DNA of 63,647 bases from an uncultured Muribaculaceae bacterium (GCA_964383455.1 CAYLHN010000001.1:1-63647), one strand, 5' to 3'; positions 38,419 to 48,008 are shown, counted from the first letter of the stretch. Made by a program: numbers and translations. The notes: generated by a model from the letters alone, not told the origin.

Positions 38419-40266
38419 TTGATTAATAAAGATTCATTAATAAAACAAGAAAAAGAAATCTTATATAACAAGACAATGGCGTCTAATCCTATTTCAGGTG
38501 CAGGTTTTATGCCCCGTATGTCTGCAAGTCCGGCAAGGACTACTTCAAACAGACTTTATGGCGGATATAATTTTTCAAGCGGTGAAACGAATTTTGCTGC
38601 CGATTATCGTGAAGTAATTACAGAATTAAGCAGAGCATTGGCTGGTAAAAATAATGCGGTTGATTTCTATAATTCACTTCATTCTTTGATTACCAATAAA
38701 TTAGGTGCACAATTTAGTGCAATAGGTATGTTTCAGGAAAAATCTAAATGTATCAATATAAAATTAACTGACAAAGTTGGCGGAACTTATTCTTCACGCG
38801 TGTTTTTGTCAGATGATTCAAATCCTATAGTAGAAGCATTTAATACTCAAAAAACAATCATAAAACACGATTCAAAATTTTTAAAATTATCATATTTGCA
38901 AACTCCTGCTGTTGCAGTTATACCATTGATGTCTGTAAGTGAATGTTTGGGTGTAATGATAATTGGTGATAATAAAATTGAAGAAAATGCAGATTTGTAT
39001 ACTTTAATTGCTAATCACTATGCTCTATTTATGCACAATGCTGATTTAATGGAACAAGCAAATGCACATGCAAATACTGATTCTTTAACTTCTTTAAGCA
39101 ATCACAGAGGTTTCCAAGAAATATTGTCATCAGAACTTCAAAAAGCAGAAAAGAATGATTCAACTGTTTCTGTAATTATGATGGATGTAAATAATATTTC
39201 AAAAATAAACAGAGAACTCGGTCATGCTAAAGGTGATGAAGTTATAAAATTGGTGGCTGAAAAGGTTAAACAAAATATTCGTTCAAATGATTCCGCAGGA
39301 CGTTACGGCGGTGATGAAATTGCTATTGTTTTACCTGATACAGATACTAATGAAGCAAAATACTTGGCTGAATATTTAACTTACAGTTTATCATGCTGTT
39401 TTATTGATGATGTTGGCCCTGTTAAAGTTTCAGTAGGTATTGCAAATTATCCTGAATGTGCAAAAGACCAAGAAAAATTGTTAATATTAGCTGAACAAGC
39501 AATGTATATTTCTCAATCAAAAGGCTATAAAGATGGTATGAGTGCTATCATCAGTTCAGCAGATTTTAATTTCTGGGATGATGTGGCTTTACATTCTTTT
39601 GCTGAAGTATTAACAAAACGTCATGCTCAATTGGGTGTAAATTTGGAAGAAGAACTTGTAAATAGATTTGCAAATGAAGAAATTTCTTCCCAATACAGAT
39701 TGGAAGAGTTAGCAACTTCATTGGCAGGAGCAATTGATGCGAAAGATCCTTATACAAAGGGTCACTCTACTTCAGTTTCAAAATATTCTGAAGCATTGGC
39801 AAGAGCTTTGAATATGCCTGAAGCAGAAGTTCAAAGAATTAAATTAGGTGCGTTATTGCACGATGTAGGTAAAATCGGTATACCTGAATCTGTACTTAAA
39901 AAACCAACCCAATTATCTGATGAAGAATGGGAAATTATGAAACAGCATCCTACTATCGGTGCAGAAAAAGTTTTAATGCAAAATGAAGCATTAAAAGATT
40001 TAATGCCAATGGTTAAATACCACCATGAACACATTGACGGTTCAGGTTATCCTTGTAAATTAAAAGGTGAAGAAATTCCGCTAGAGGCAAGAATTGTTGC
40101 TGTTGCTGACACTTACCATGCTTTAATTAGTGACAGACCTTACAGAAAAGGTTTAGGTGTTGAAAAAGCGTGTGAAATTTTACAATCAGGTGCAGGCTCT
40201 ATGTGGGATGCTGAATTGGTTAGAAAATTTATTCAAATCGCACCTGCTTTGGCTACAACAATTTAG
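38419..40266 (+). CDS. GAF - GGDEF - HD-GYP multidomain c-di-GMP signalling protein
   Basis: RSND-x5-GGDEIAIVL shows an I-site plus a GGDEF-type motif. HDVGKIGIP and HHEHIDGSGYP mark the HD-GYP domain. The start is TTG at 38419, or alternatively ATG at 38476. Confidence 0.85.
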   Translation: MINKDSLIKQEKEILYNKTMASNPISGAGFMPRMSASPARTTSNRLYGGYNFSSGETNFAADYREVITELSRALAGKNNAVDFYNSLHSLITNKLGAQFSAIGMFQEKSKCINIKLTDKVGGTYSSRVFLSDDSNPIVEAFNTQKTIIKHDSKFLKLSYLQTPAVAVIPLMSVSECLGVMIIGDNKIEENADLYTLIANHYALFMHNADLMEQANAHANTDSLTSLSNHRGFQEILSSELQKAEKNDSTVSVIMMDVNNISKINRELGHAKGDEVIKLVAEKVKQNIRSNDSAGRYGGDEIAIVLPDTDTNEAKYLAEYLTYSLSCCFIDDVGPVKVSVGIANYPECAKDQEKLLILAEQAMYISQSKGYKDGMSAIISSADFNFWDDVALHSFAEVLTKRHAQLGVNLEEELVNRFANEEISSQYRLEELATSLAGAIDAKDPYTKGHSTSVSKYSEALARALNMPEAEVQRIKLGALLHDVGKIGIPESVLKKPTQLSDEEWEIMKQHPTIGAEKVLMQNEALKDLMPMVKYHHEHIDGSGYPCKLKGEEIPLEARIVAVADTYHALISDRPYRKGLGVEKACEILQSGAGSMWDAELVRKFIQIAPALATTI

Positions 40267-40346
40267 TTTAAAATTTTCAGATAATAAGTTTGTGTTTAAA
40301 TAAGTACCATGCTTGTTCCTTAGGTATGAAAAATTTTTATATGCAA

Positions 40347-40375
40347 AAAGGATGTCCAAAATAAGGACATCCTTT
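40347..40375. terminator. Hairpin aaaggatgtcc/ggacatccttt between convergent genes
   Basis: 11-bp perfect stem with a 7-nt loop. Confidence 0.6.
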
Positions 40376-40398
40376 CCAACAAATAATTAAAAGAGAAA

Positions 40399-42321
40399 TT
40401 ATTTGTTTGCACAACCGAAGGCGATTGTAATGTGTTCTTTAGGGTTAACTGCAGAGATTCGAGCACCTTTAGGATCAACAACATATGCGATTTCGTCGCC
40501 TGATGTTTGGAATAATCCCATAGTACCTGACAATGCAGTTCTTGTAACGTCAATAGGTGCTTTAACTGTTTCAACTAAAGAATCACCGACGCTTCTTCCC
40601 GCAGCTTTGAATTGACCTTGAGAAGTTTCACCTAAAGCGGTACCAACACCATTCGATACGTTTTCAACGGCATTACCCAAGTTTGTAACAATACCGCCTG
40701 CAGCTCTTGCAGTTGTACCAACAAGAGTACCTGCCCATGTGAATGGGAATGCAAGTGTTCTTGCTACAAAATGAGGATTTTTAGTTTTGTTTATTTGTGC
40801 CGTTAAAATTTGTTTTGGTAACTGAGCTTTGCAGTTGCCGTTTTGAATTTCAGTAAAGGCAAGTTTCAATGCACCTTTTTCTTTGCAGCCGTTTGGACGG
40901 ATAACTTCTATTACTTTACCGTTTACACGAGAACCGCAAGGGAATACTTGACCATTGATTGTAACTTCTTCTAATGTTGTTGCTGCAAATCTTTGGCCAA
41001 CGTGAGCTGATTTTGCATTAACTTCATCCAAAAATTCAAGTTTTAATGTAGGAATTTTTACAATTTCTTCATTTTCTAAATATACTTGTTTGCTTGTGTC
41101 AATAGGGCAAGCTGCGTTAGCTGTTTTCGGATTAGTATCGTAACCGCCTGCGACACGAACATTTTGAAGCATAGATGCAATATCGGCTCTGGATGCTGTT
41201 TTATCAGGCAAAATCATATCTGAATTTGGCAAATCTGATAATGCACCATTTTGAATTGCAGTAGCAATAGGAATTTGTGACCAGCTTGGAACTCTGCCGC
41301 CATCTTTGTATTTTGACAAAATTTCTTTAGCTTTACAATCATCAATTGAACAATTATTTAAGCCTTTTGCCATTGCAGTAAGTGCTTCAGCACGGGTTAC
41401 ATGGTTGTTTGGCATAAATCTTCCGTTTGGATAACCTTTCATTAATTGTTCATCTACTGCTTTTGCAATCATTGGATTAGCCCAATTTCCTGCAGGTACA
41501 TCAGAGAAAATACATTTTGGTTCAAGAGCGCAGTTGTCCATGTTAAAGCCTTTTACGAGCATTGTCGCAAATTCTGCACGCGATACATTTCTGTTTGGCT
41601 TGAACATTTTATCAGGATAGCCGACTACAACGTCATTCATAGCTAATTTGTCGATATCACAAGATGCCCAGTGCTGTTCAGGAACATCAGGGAAATAATT
41701 TAGTAAATTAGCGGCTGCTCCCGTCATACCTTTTAAATTTGACTGCAAATCAAATGGCTCATAGCTTTTTTTCAATGCATCAAGTGAATTTTCAGTATGG
41801 ATATCAATAGGGCAGCTTCCGTCGATATATTTTTCTTCGCCGTATACTGATACACCGTTTATTGTATTCATATCAGAATTCAAATAAGGTAATTGAGTTG
41901 CTGCACCTGTCATTGAACCTTCTGCTGAAATTGTTGCACCTGCTAAATTAGGATTTAATTGAGACTCGCTTGATGTTATAGAATTTGACATCTCACCTAC
42001 ATAATTATTTGTACCGTAAATCGCATTCGGATATGCATAAATTTGTTTCATATCTTTACGGTCTGTTGTTTGTGCTGATGCACAACTAGCGCATGTCGGC
42101 TGAGCTTTTTTTGCACAGCGTTCGTTTGTTTCAGTTTTACATTTGCATTTTTGTTTTACTTTATGACATTTGTCACATTTGTTTGTTACCTTTTCACAAG
42201 GTGTGCTTAATTTTGGTCTTTCGGCATTGTTGCACGGACAAGCTGCCATTGCACTTGTAACTGCTGTTCCGCTTATACCTAAAGCGATTAAAGCTGCTAC
42301 TGTAAGTTTTTTAAATTTCAT
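40399..42321 (-). CDS. Secreted S-layer-homology (3x SLH) protein with Cys/Lys-rich N-terminal segment
   Basis: Signal peptide ...TSAMA|A. Twelve Cys lie in about 55 aa (ACPCNN...CDKCHKVKQKCKCK...CASCAS). SLH repeats are FPDVPEQHWA..., FSDVPAGNWA... and YKDGGRVPSWS.... Confidence 0.8.
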   Translation of the reverse strand: MKFKKLTVAALIALGISGTAVTSAMAACPCNNAERPKLSTPCEKVTNKCDKCHKVKQKCKCKTETNERCAKKAQPTCASCASAQTTDRKDMKQIYAYPNAIYGTNNYVGEMSNSITSSESQLNPNLAGATISAEGSMTGAATQLPYLNSDMNTINGVSVYGEEKYIDGSCPIDIHTENSLDALKKSYEPFDLQSNLKGMTGAAANLLNYFPDVPEQHWASCDIDKLAMNDVVVGYPDKMFKPNRNVSRAEFATMLVKGFNMDNCALEPKCIFSDVPAGNWANPMIAKAVDEQLMKGYPNGRFMPNNHVTRAEALTAMAKGLNNCSIDDCKAKEILSKYKDGGRVPSWSQIPIATAIQNGALSDLPNSDMILPDKTASRADIASMLQNVRVAGGYDTNPKTANAACPIDTSKQVYLENEEIVKIPTLKLEFLDEVNAKSAHVGQRFAATTLEEVTINGQVFPCGSRVNGKVIEVIRPNGCKEKGALKLAFTEIQNGNCKAQLPKQILTAQINKTKNPHFVARTLAFPFTWAGTLVGTTARAAGGIVTNLGNAVENVSNGVGTALGETSQGQFKAAGRSVGDSLVETVKAPIDVTRTALSGTMGLFQTSGDEIAYVVDPKGARISAVNPKEHITIAFGCANK

Positions 42322-42481
42322 TTTTTCTAACCTCCTTACGGTTTGTTGTTATAACATTAATTGTTTTTTCGACTTTCTTTAAGATTATGCCCTTTAAATC
42401 AATTTATAACATTGTCGAAAGCGGTTATATAGTCAGGCTATTTAAAAATAACTTTTTGGGTAACAAATCTTTTTTATACAA

Positions 42482-42509
42482 TAAAAAGAGCCTTTTTGGA
42501 CAAAGGCTC
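42482..42509 (-). terminator. Rho-independent terminator (gagccttt/aaaggctc) for the transporter gene
   Basis: On the minus strand the stem is followed by tttttattg. Confidence 0.7.
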
Positions 42510-42599
42510 ATAAGAATAGCTGGAAGTATGAAAAAGATTTAATTATATTAAACTGCCATTTTAAAAATAATACAATTAGTCTGTTGGCTATTTTAAAGT

Positions 42600-43907
42600 C
42601 TAAAAAATAGCAATTGCAATTAAAGCAGACAAAATAAGCGCAGTATTAAAGTGGATAAATGAAGGGACACAAGTATCCCAAATGTGATTATGCTGACCGT
42701 CTGCATTTAGTCCTGAAGTTGGGCCCAGAGTTGTATCCGATGCGGGTGAACCTGCGTCCCCGAGAGCTGCAGCAGCGGATAAAATTACTACTGTTTCTGC
42801 CGGTGAAAAACTTAAATTTACACAAACAGGTACAAATATTACCGCCAAGATTGGAATTGTACCAAAAGACGTGCCAATTCCTATTGTGATAAATAACCCG
42901 ATAAATAGCATTAACGTACTTGCAAAAATTTTGCTTTCAGGAATAATACTCATAACAGAAGTTACAAAAGTTTCTATGCCGCCTGTTGATTTTAAAACTG
43001 CAGCAAATCCTGCAGCTACAAGCATTACGAAAGCAATATAACCCATTAAATCAACGCCTTCATCAATTAAGTTATCCATTTTGTGATGTTTAATTGTTCC
43101 TGTGCCAAAGATTATTCCAAGACCGATTAAAGCACCAAGAGGTAATGATTTCGTTACAAGCTGTACAAACAAAGTGGCGAAGGCAGCAAATAAAGTTATA
43201 TAATGTTTTTTTGTGAATTTTGTATTATTATTTTCGGCAGTTTCAACCTCTATATCTTTATATTCGCGTGGTTTTCTATATGTTATGAATATAGCTGTTA
43301 ACAGGGCTATAAACATACCTAGACCAAGAATTATATTGTATTTCCAAACTTCAGATTTTGATATATTCATACCATTTTGAATTATGTTGTCGGCAATTAA
43401 ACCCTGAAAAATCAAACCAAAACCTGCAGGAACAACAATATACGGCATTTTTAAACCAAAGGCAAGACAGCAGGAAATAGCACGTCTGTCAATTTTTAAA
43501 ATATTCATTACATGTAATAAAGGTGGAATTAATATTGGAATAAACGCAATATGAACAGGTATTAAATTCTGAGAAAACATTGCAATAACTGTTAAAATCA
43601 CAAACAGAATTAAAGCATTATTTTTTATTATAGCAGTAATTTTTTTTGCCAATATATTTGCAAGACCTGTTTGTGTCATAGCAGCGGCAAAAGCACCCAG
43701 CAAAATATAACTTAATGCGGTTTCAGAATTATTACCCATACCTGAAATAAATATGTTCATAATTTCAGTTATATTCATTTTTGCGCAAATTCCCGCCACA
43801 ATTGCAGAAATCATTATTGATAATAGAACATTTACCTTGCATAAACATAATACGCAAAGCAAAATTATTGAAATTAATACAGGATTAATAAAAATCGTGC
43901 TATCCAT
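42600..43907 (-). CDS. NhaC-family Na+/H+ antiporter-like transporter
   Basis: 435 aa and highly hydrophobic, with an N-terminal pattern like the NhaC/YuiF family. The family assignment is tentative. Confidence 0.6.
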   Translation of the reverse strand: MDSTIFINPVLISIILLCVLCLCKVNVLLSIMISAIVAGICAKMNITEIMNIFISGMGNNSETALSYILLGAFAAAMTQTGLANILAKKITAIIKNNALILFVILTVIAMFSQNLIPVHIAFIPILIPPLLHVMNILKIDRRAISCCLAFGLKMPYIVVPAGFGLIFQGLIADNIIQNGMNISKSEVWKYNIILGLGMFIALLTAIFITYRKPREYKDIEVETAENNNTKFTKKHYITLFAAFATLFVQLVTKSLPLGALIGLGIIFGTGTIKHHKMDNLIDEGVDLMGYIAFVMLVAAGFAAVLKSTGGIETFVTSVMSIIPESKIFASTLMLFIGLFITIGIGTSFGTIPILAVIFVPVCVNLSFSPAETVVILSAAAALGDAGSPASDTTLGPTSGLNADGQHNHIWDTCVPSFIHFNTALILSALIAIAIF

Positions 43908-43947
43908 AAAATAAGAATAGCACGAACATGTTATTATTATAATTTAT

Positions 43948-45420
43948 TTAAATACCCGGTTTTAATTCATAAGGGCTCTTTGGTTTGAATTTGTTTTTAT
44001 AAACTTCAACATTTGGCTGGAATACTTCAGGAAGATATTTACCTTGCTTAATTTTTGCATTTTCTCTTCTCATCATTCCTGTATATAATATTTCAAAGTG
44101 TTTTGTTTGAATATAATCACCTATTGCTTCCGGTGAAATAGAATTACCAACCACATCTAAAACTTCGACTTTAACAGGAACAGTTTCTGTATATGATGCT
44201 AAAATTGCCAGGGTATATTTACTGTAATTTGGTGAAATAGCAGGATTCATAAGTGTCATCACAACATGATAATCGTCTCTGTTATCAGGAAAGAAGAAAC
44301 TTTCAGAGGCATAGTGCATGCTGTCAGGAGCCTTGCTTGCATTAAAATCAAAGTCTTTCAAAGATTCCAGGTATAGCTGTTTAATCCAATTTTCTCCTCC
44401 ACCTTCAAAAAGTTTTCCGAAGTATTGTTGTTGAGTTAAATGAAATCCGTTTTTTTCTGAATAAATATTAAAAACAGCGCTTTTCATTGCTTTATTTACT
44501 TCTAAATCTGTTGAAAGTGAAATTTTAGAGGCTTTTTCTGCACTTTTCAAAATTCGCTTTGCATTTTCCTTTGAAACTCCGGCATATGCAATTGCAAAAA
44601 GACCTGCATCGTCAAACATACTAAATCTTCCGCCAACTCCATCGTGAATATACAGTTCTTTTATATAATTATTATTTTGTCCGTTTTTCAATCCGATTTT
44701 GCCTCTGAGATTTTTTTCTGTAGGGGTTTTATCTGTACAAATTGCAAAATGTTTTTGAGCTGATTTATATGCCTGATTTTCATCTTGACCAAGTTTTTTA
44801 TAATAATCTACAAGCATCTCTTCAAATCTTACAAAAGCATCTTTTGTTTCAAAAGTTGTACCTGATTTTGATACAACAAGAAAGTTTAAATCTTGCACAG
44901 GACGACTAACTTCTTTCAAAAAATTATTAAAACTTACAGGATCAATGTCAGAATAGAAATAAACTTTTCCTTTGTTTCCGACACCGTTCATGTTAAGTAA
45001 AAATTCCGCAGTGTGTTTCGAACCGCCAATACCAAGAATTACCAAAGGTCTTTCTGTTTTTGTTTTTCTTGATTTCAAGGTCAAGGCTTGCGCATAAATT
45101 TCGTCTAAGTGAGATTTTCCGTTTTTAACTTCTAATTGATTTGAAGGTAATTCAACCCATTTTAAAAACTGTTTTTCATCAGAAATTCTTGAAGAGAAGT
45201 CATTTATGACATTTTCTGCCATTTTTTGATTTTTTTTGTCATCCTTTTTAATACTTTTTAAATTTTTACTAATCATAAACAGCTGAATATATGAAGGTTC
45301 TTCAGTATTTTCATCCAAAGTTTGGGATACTGCAGGCTGCTCTTTAATAGTTTGAGCAGAACTTATTTTATTTGTATCGGGATTCATCAACATTGACATT
45401 AACATTAATTCAGGTATCAT
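43948..45420 (-). CDS. pgi: Glucose-6-phosphate isomerase family protein (divergent, N-terminal extension)
   Basis: ILGIGGSKH, VVSKSGTTFET and GVGGRFSMFDDAG match the PGI signatures. Confidence 0.75.
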   Translation of the reverse strand: MIPELMLMSMLMNPDTNKISSAQTIKEQPAVSQTLDENTEEPSYIQLFMISKNLKSIKKDDKKNQKMAENVINDFSSRISDEKQFLKWVELPSNQLEVKNGKSHLDEIYAQALTLKSRKTKTERPLVILGIGGSKHTAEFLLNMNGVGNKGKVYFYSDIDPVSFNNFLKEVSRPVQDLNFLVVSKSGTTFETKDAFVRFEEMLVDYYKKLGQDENQAYKSAQKHFAICTDKTPTEKNLRGKIGLKNGQNNNYIKELYIHDGVGGRFSMFDDAGLFAIAYAGVSKENAKRILKSAEKASKISLSTDLEVNKAMKSAVFNIYSEKNGFHLTQQQYFGKLFEGGGENWIKQLYLESLKDFDFNASKAPDSMHYASESFFFPDNRDDYHVVMTLMNPAISPNYSKYTLAILASYTETVPVKVEVLDVVGNSISPEAIGDYIQTKHFEILYTGMMRRENAKIKQGKYLPEVFQPNVEVYKNKFKPKSPYELKPGI

Positions 45421-45431
45421 CTTTTCTCCTT

Positions 45432-46322
45432 TTAGTTGTATAAAGTTGTATCTTCCAGTAATTTTATTTCAAATGCGCTGTTTGCAGGAATTGAAATACT
45501 TCCTCCTTTTGAAAACATCGCAAATATAGGCGAGCCCATTAAATTAACTCCATATACCGTTACTCCTGTGATTAATGTGAACGGACTCAATATAAAAGTT
45601 ATTTTTTTGTTAGCAAATTTTTTGGTGGATGCCCACATTTTATCATAAAATTTCTTACCCGGTTTTGTTGTTTCAACAATATTTTTTAAATAAGAACGTT
45701 TACCTTTGATATTGTTAAAAAATATCTTTTTGTAATTTGCTTTTGTAATTTTTGCATTAATTTCCTGCGTTTTACCGTTTATTGTAATATTATCAATTTT
45801 TATTACAAGTAAACCGCCATTTCCTGTCAACTGCGGTGTATGCGAATCAACTACAACACCTGTAAATCTTGTATTTTCAGATAAATAAAAATTTTTAGTT
45901 TTTATTGGTTTAGTTAGTCTAAAATATATTTTAGCTCCTTCGCGCATTTTATCTGACATTGAGGCTGCCGAACGAACAGTAAGTTTTGTACCTCTTTTTA
46001 AAGTTATTTTTTGCCCTGTTGGTATATTAACTTCTTTTAATGTTGTTGGAATTGTTTTAGGGCCGGAATTAGTATTTGATTGAGTTTTATTATTAGTTCT
46101 TATAGGCTCAGGATTTGTAAAATCTTCATTTGATTTTATAGGAACATCGTTTTTCAAATTATCCGGCAAATCAGGCAGTAAATCCTGTTCGATTTTTTTT
46201 GTATTGTATTTTTTTCTTATTTGAGAATCAACGGAAGTATCTATGTCAAATACTGCAAAAGCAGGAAGACACAGATACATAAATGATATTATTGTTATAA
46301 AAAATTTATTTAAGTAGCTCAT
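45432..46322 (-). CDS. Secreted hypothetical protein
   Basis: I chose the start at MSYLNKFFITIISFMYLCLPAFA (46322). The ORF-track start at 46406 would overlap the upstream gene by 100 nt. Confidence 0.5.
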   Translation of the reverse strand: MSYLNKFFITIISFMYLCLPAFAVFDIDTSVDSQIRKKYNTKKIEQDLLPDLPDNLKNDVPIKSNEDFTNPEPIRTNNKTQSNTNSGPKTIPTTLKEVNIPTGQKITLKRGTKLTVRSAASMSDKMREGAKIYFRLTKPIKTKNFYLSENTRFTGVVVDSHTPQLTGNGGLLVIKIDNITINGKTQEINAKITKANYKKIFFNNIKGKRSYLKNIVETTKPGKKFYDKMWASTKKFANKKITFILSPFTLITGVTVYGVNLMGSPIFAMFSKGGSISIPANSAFEIKLLEDTTLYN

Positions 46323-47676
46323 TAATAGCCTTAGCTGCTCTTTTTCCCGCACCCATTGCGTTAATTGCCGTAGATTCACCGGTCGGAGCAACGTCTCCGC
46401 CTGCATAAATTTTAGGAATAGATGTTAAACCTGTTTCGGCTTCAATTGTAATATATCCTTTTTTATCCGTAACAATATCTAATCCGTCAGCGTGTGCTGA
46501 TTTTTGAATAATCGGATTTGGGCCTGTACCTAAAGCGACAATTACGGTATCAACATCAACAACAGTTGTTTTACCTGTTCCGACAGGTCTGCGTCTTCCG
46601 CTCTCATCAGGTTCGCCAAGTTCCATAACTTCCAGTTTTAAACCTGTAACGTAACCGTCTTCGCCTAAAATTTCCATTGGAGAATGAAGTAATTTAAAAA
46701 CAACACCTTCTTCTTTAGCGTGTCTTACTTCTTCTTTTCTTGCAGGAAGTTCTGCTTCTGTTCTTCTATAAACAATAGTTACATCTTCAAAACCAGCTCT
46801 AAGTGCAGTCCTTGCAGCATCCATAGCAACATTTCCACCGCCGATTATAGCTGCTTTTTTGCCAACTCTTAGCGGGGTTGGGTATTTATCATCATTGGCA
46901 TGCATTAAATTTACACGAGTTAAAAATTCATTTGCCGAATATACGCCGTTCAAATTTTCACCTGCAACGCCAAGCATTTTTGGTAAACCAGCTCCTGAGC
47001 AGATAAATATTGCGTCATATCCGTCTTCTTCAAGTTGTTTTATTGTAATTGATTTACCAACAATAACGTTTTTATTAAAAACAACACCCATTTTTTTTAG
47101 TGCGTCAAGTTCTCTGTCTAAAACTGTTCTAGGTAATCTGAAAGGAGGAATACCATATCTCAAAACTCCGCCTAATTCATGTAAAGCCTCAAAAACTGTA
47201 ACTTCGTGACCGGCTTTTCTTAAATCAGCAGCAGCAGTTATGCCTGCACACCCTGAACCTACAATGGCAACCTTTTTACCGCTCGGTTTAATTTCTGTTT
47301 CAGCGGCTTTTGTCGCGTCTCCAACATATCTTTCCAATGCTCCGATTGCAACTGAATCACCTTTTATGCCTAAAACACATTTACCTTCACATTGTCTTTC
47401 TTGTGGACAAACACGCCCGCAAACAGATGGAAGCATGCTTGATTCTCTAATTATTTCACCTGCTTTTTCAATGTTATTTTCTTTTACTTGTTGAATAAAA
47501 GCAGGAATATTAATATTTACCGGACATCCTGAAACGCATCTTGGATTTTTGCAATTCAAACATCTTGATGCTTCAAGGTGAGCCTGTTCGTCTGTCAAAT
47601 TATCTTCAACCGGATCAAAATTTGTTTTTCTAACCATCGGATCTTGTTCTTGTTGTCTTTGTCTTTCTATTGTCAT
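46306..47676 (-). CDS. Glutamate synthase small-subunit family (GltD/NfnB/SudA-like) NAD(P)H oxidoreductase
   Basis: N-terminal Fe-S Cys motifs (CLNCKNPRCVSGCP, CGRVCP...CEGKC) and two dinucleotide folds (VAIVGSGCAG, AAIIGGGNVA). Confidence 0.85.
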   Translation of the reverse strand: MTIERQRQQEQDPMVRKTNFDPVEDNLTDEQAHLEASRCLNCKNPRCVSGCPVNINIPAFIQQVKENNIEKAGEIIRESSMLPSVCGRVCPQERQCEGKCVLGIKGDSVAIGALERYVGDATKAAETEIKPSGKKVAIVGSGCAGITAAADLRKAGHEVTVFEALHELGGVLRYGIPPFRLPRTVLDRELDALKKMGVVFNKNVIVGKSITIKQLEEDGYDAIFICSGAGLPKMLGVAGENLNGVYSANEFLTRVNLMHANDDKYPTPLRVGKKAAIIGGGNVAMDAARTALRAGFEDVTIVYRRTEAELPARKEEVRHAKEEGVVFKLLHSPMEILGEDGYVTGLKLEVMELGEPDESGRRRPVGTGKTTVVDVDTVIVALGTGPNPIIQKSAHADGLDIVTDKKGYITIEAETGLTSIPKIYAGGDVAPTGESTAINAMGAGKRAAKAINELLK

Positions 47677-47739
47677 ATTATTTCCCCTAAAGTTTTCTTC
47701 AATTTTAAATCAAAAAAATCTTCAGTGCAAATTGTTAAC

Positions 47740-47764
47740 AATAAAAAGGTGCCTTGGGGCACCT
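47740..47764 (-). terminator. Rho-independent terminator aggtgcc-ttgg-ggcacct plus T-run (minus strand)
   Basis: On the minus strand this reads aggtgccccaaggcacc tttttattg. It closes a roughly 245-nt 3' region behind gene 48009-49235. Confidence 0.7.
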
Positions 47765-47804
47765 AAGAATTTTATAAGAGTGATTATGAAACATTAAAAT
47801 TTTA

Positions 47805-47867
47805 AACGAGTAAAATGGCAGAGCGTGACATAGCATAACAAAAATTTGCTCTGCCAATAGACTCGTT
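47805..47867 (-). ncRNA. Long bipartite hairpin in the 3' region of the first filament-like gene; loop is complementary to the 5' UTRs
   Basis: The outer stem is aacgagt/actcgtt and the inner stem is ggcagagc/gctctgcc, with a 23-nt loop. The loop contains tgacatagcata (47826-47837), the reverse complement of tatgctatgtca at 49248-49259. Confidence 0.35.
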
Positions 47868-47920
47868 ATATAAGTCCGATTATTCGGATACTTTTGTAAA
47901 TTTAGTTTTTTACTAAAATC

Positions 47921-48008
47921 TTTAGTGCCTTAGTATCTTTACCAATGGATTGCTTCGCTTCGCTCGCAATGACGGTCAGTTCACCGTTCACCGTTCACTG
48001 TTCACAAC
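47921..48008 (+). repeat. Composite dispersed repeat, copy B (heptamers GTTCACC x2, GTTCACT, GTTCACA at 47979-48006)
   Basis: Nearly identical to 49594-49659. It ends 2 nt from the stop codon of 48009-49235. Confidence 0.9.

Noticed and set aside
46306-47676. An NfnAB-type electron-bifurcating pair.
   Set aside because: The NfnB/GltD-like subunit is present, but no NfnA-like (FAD/2Fe-2S, about 280 aa) gene is adjacent. The upstream region is non-coding and the downstream gene encodes an unrelated secreted protein. I left it as a generic family call.
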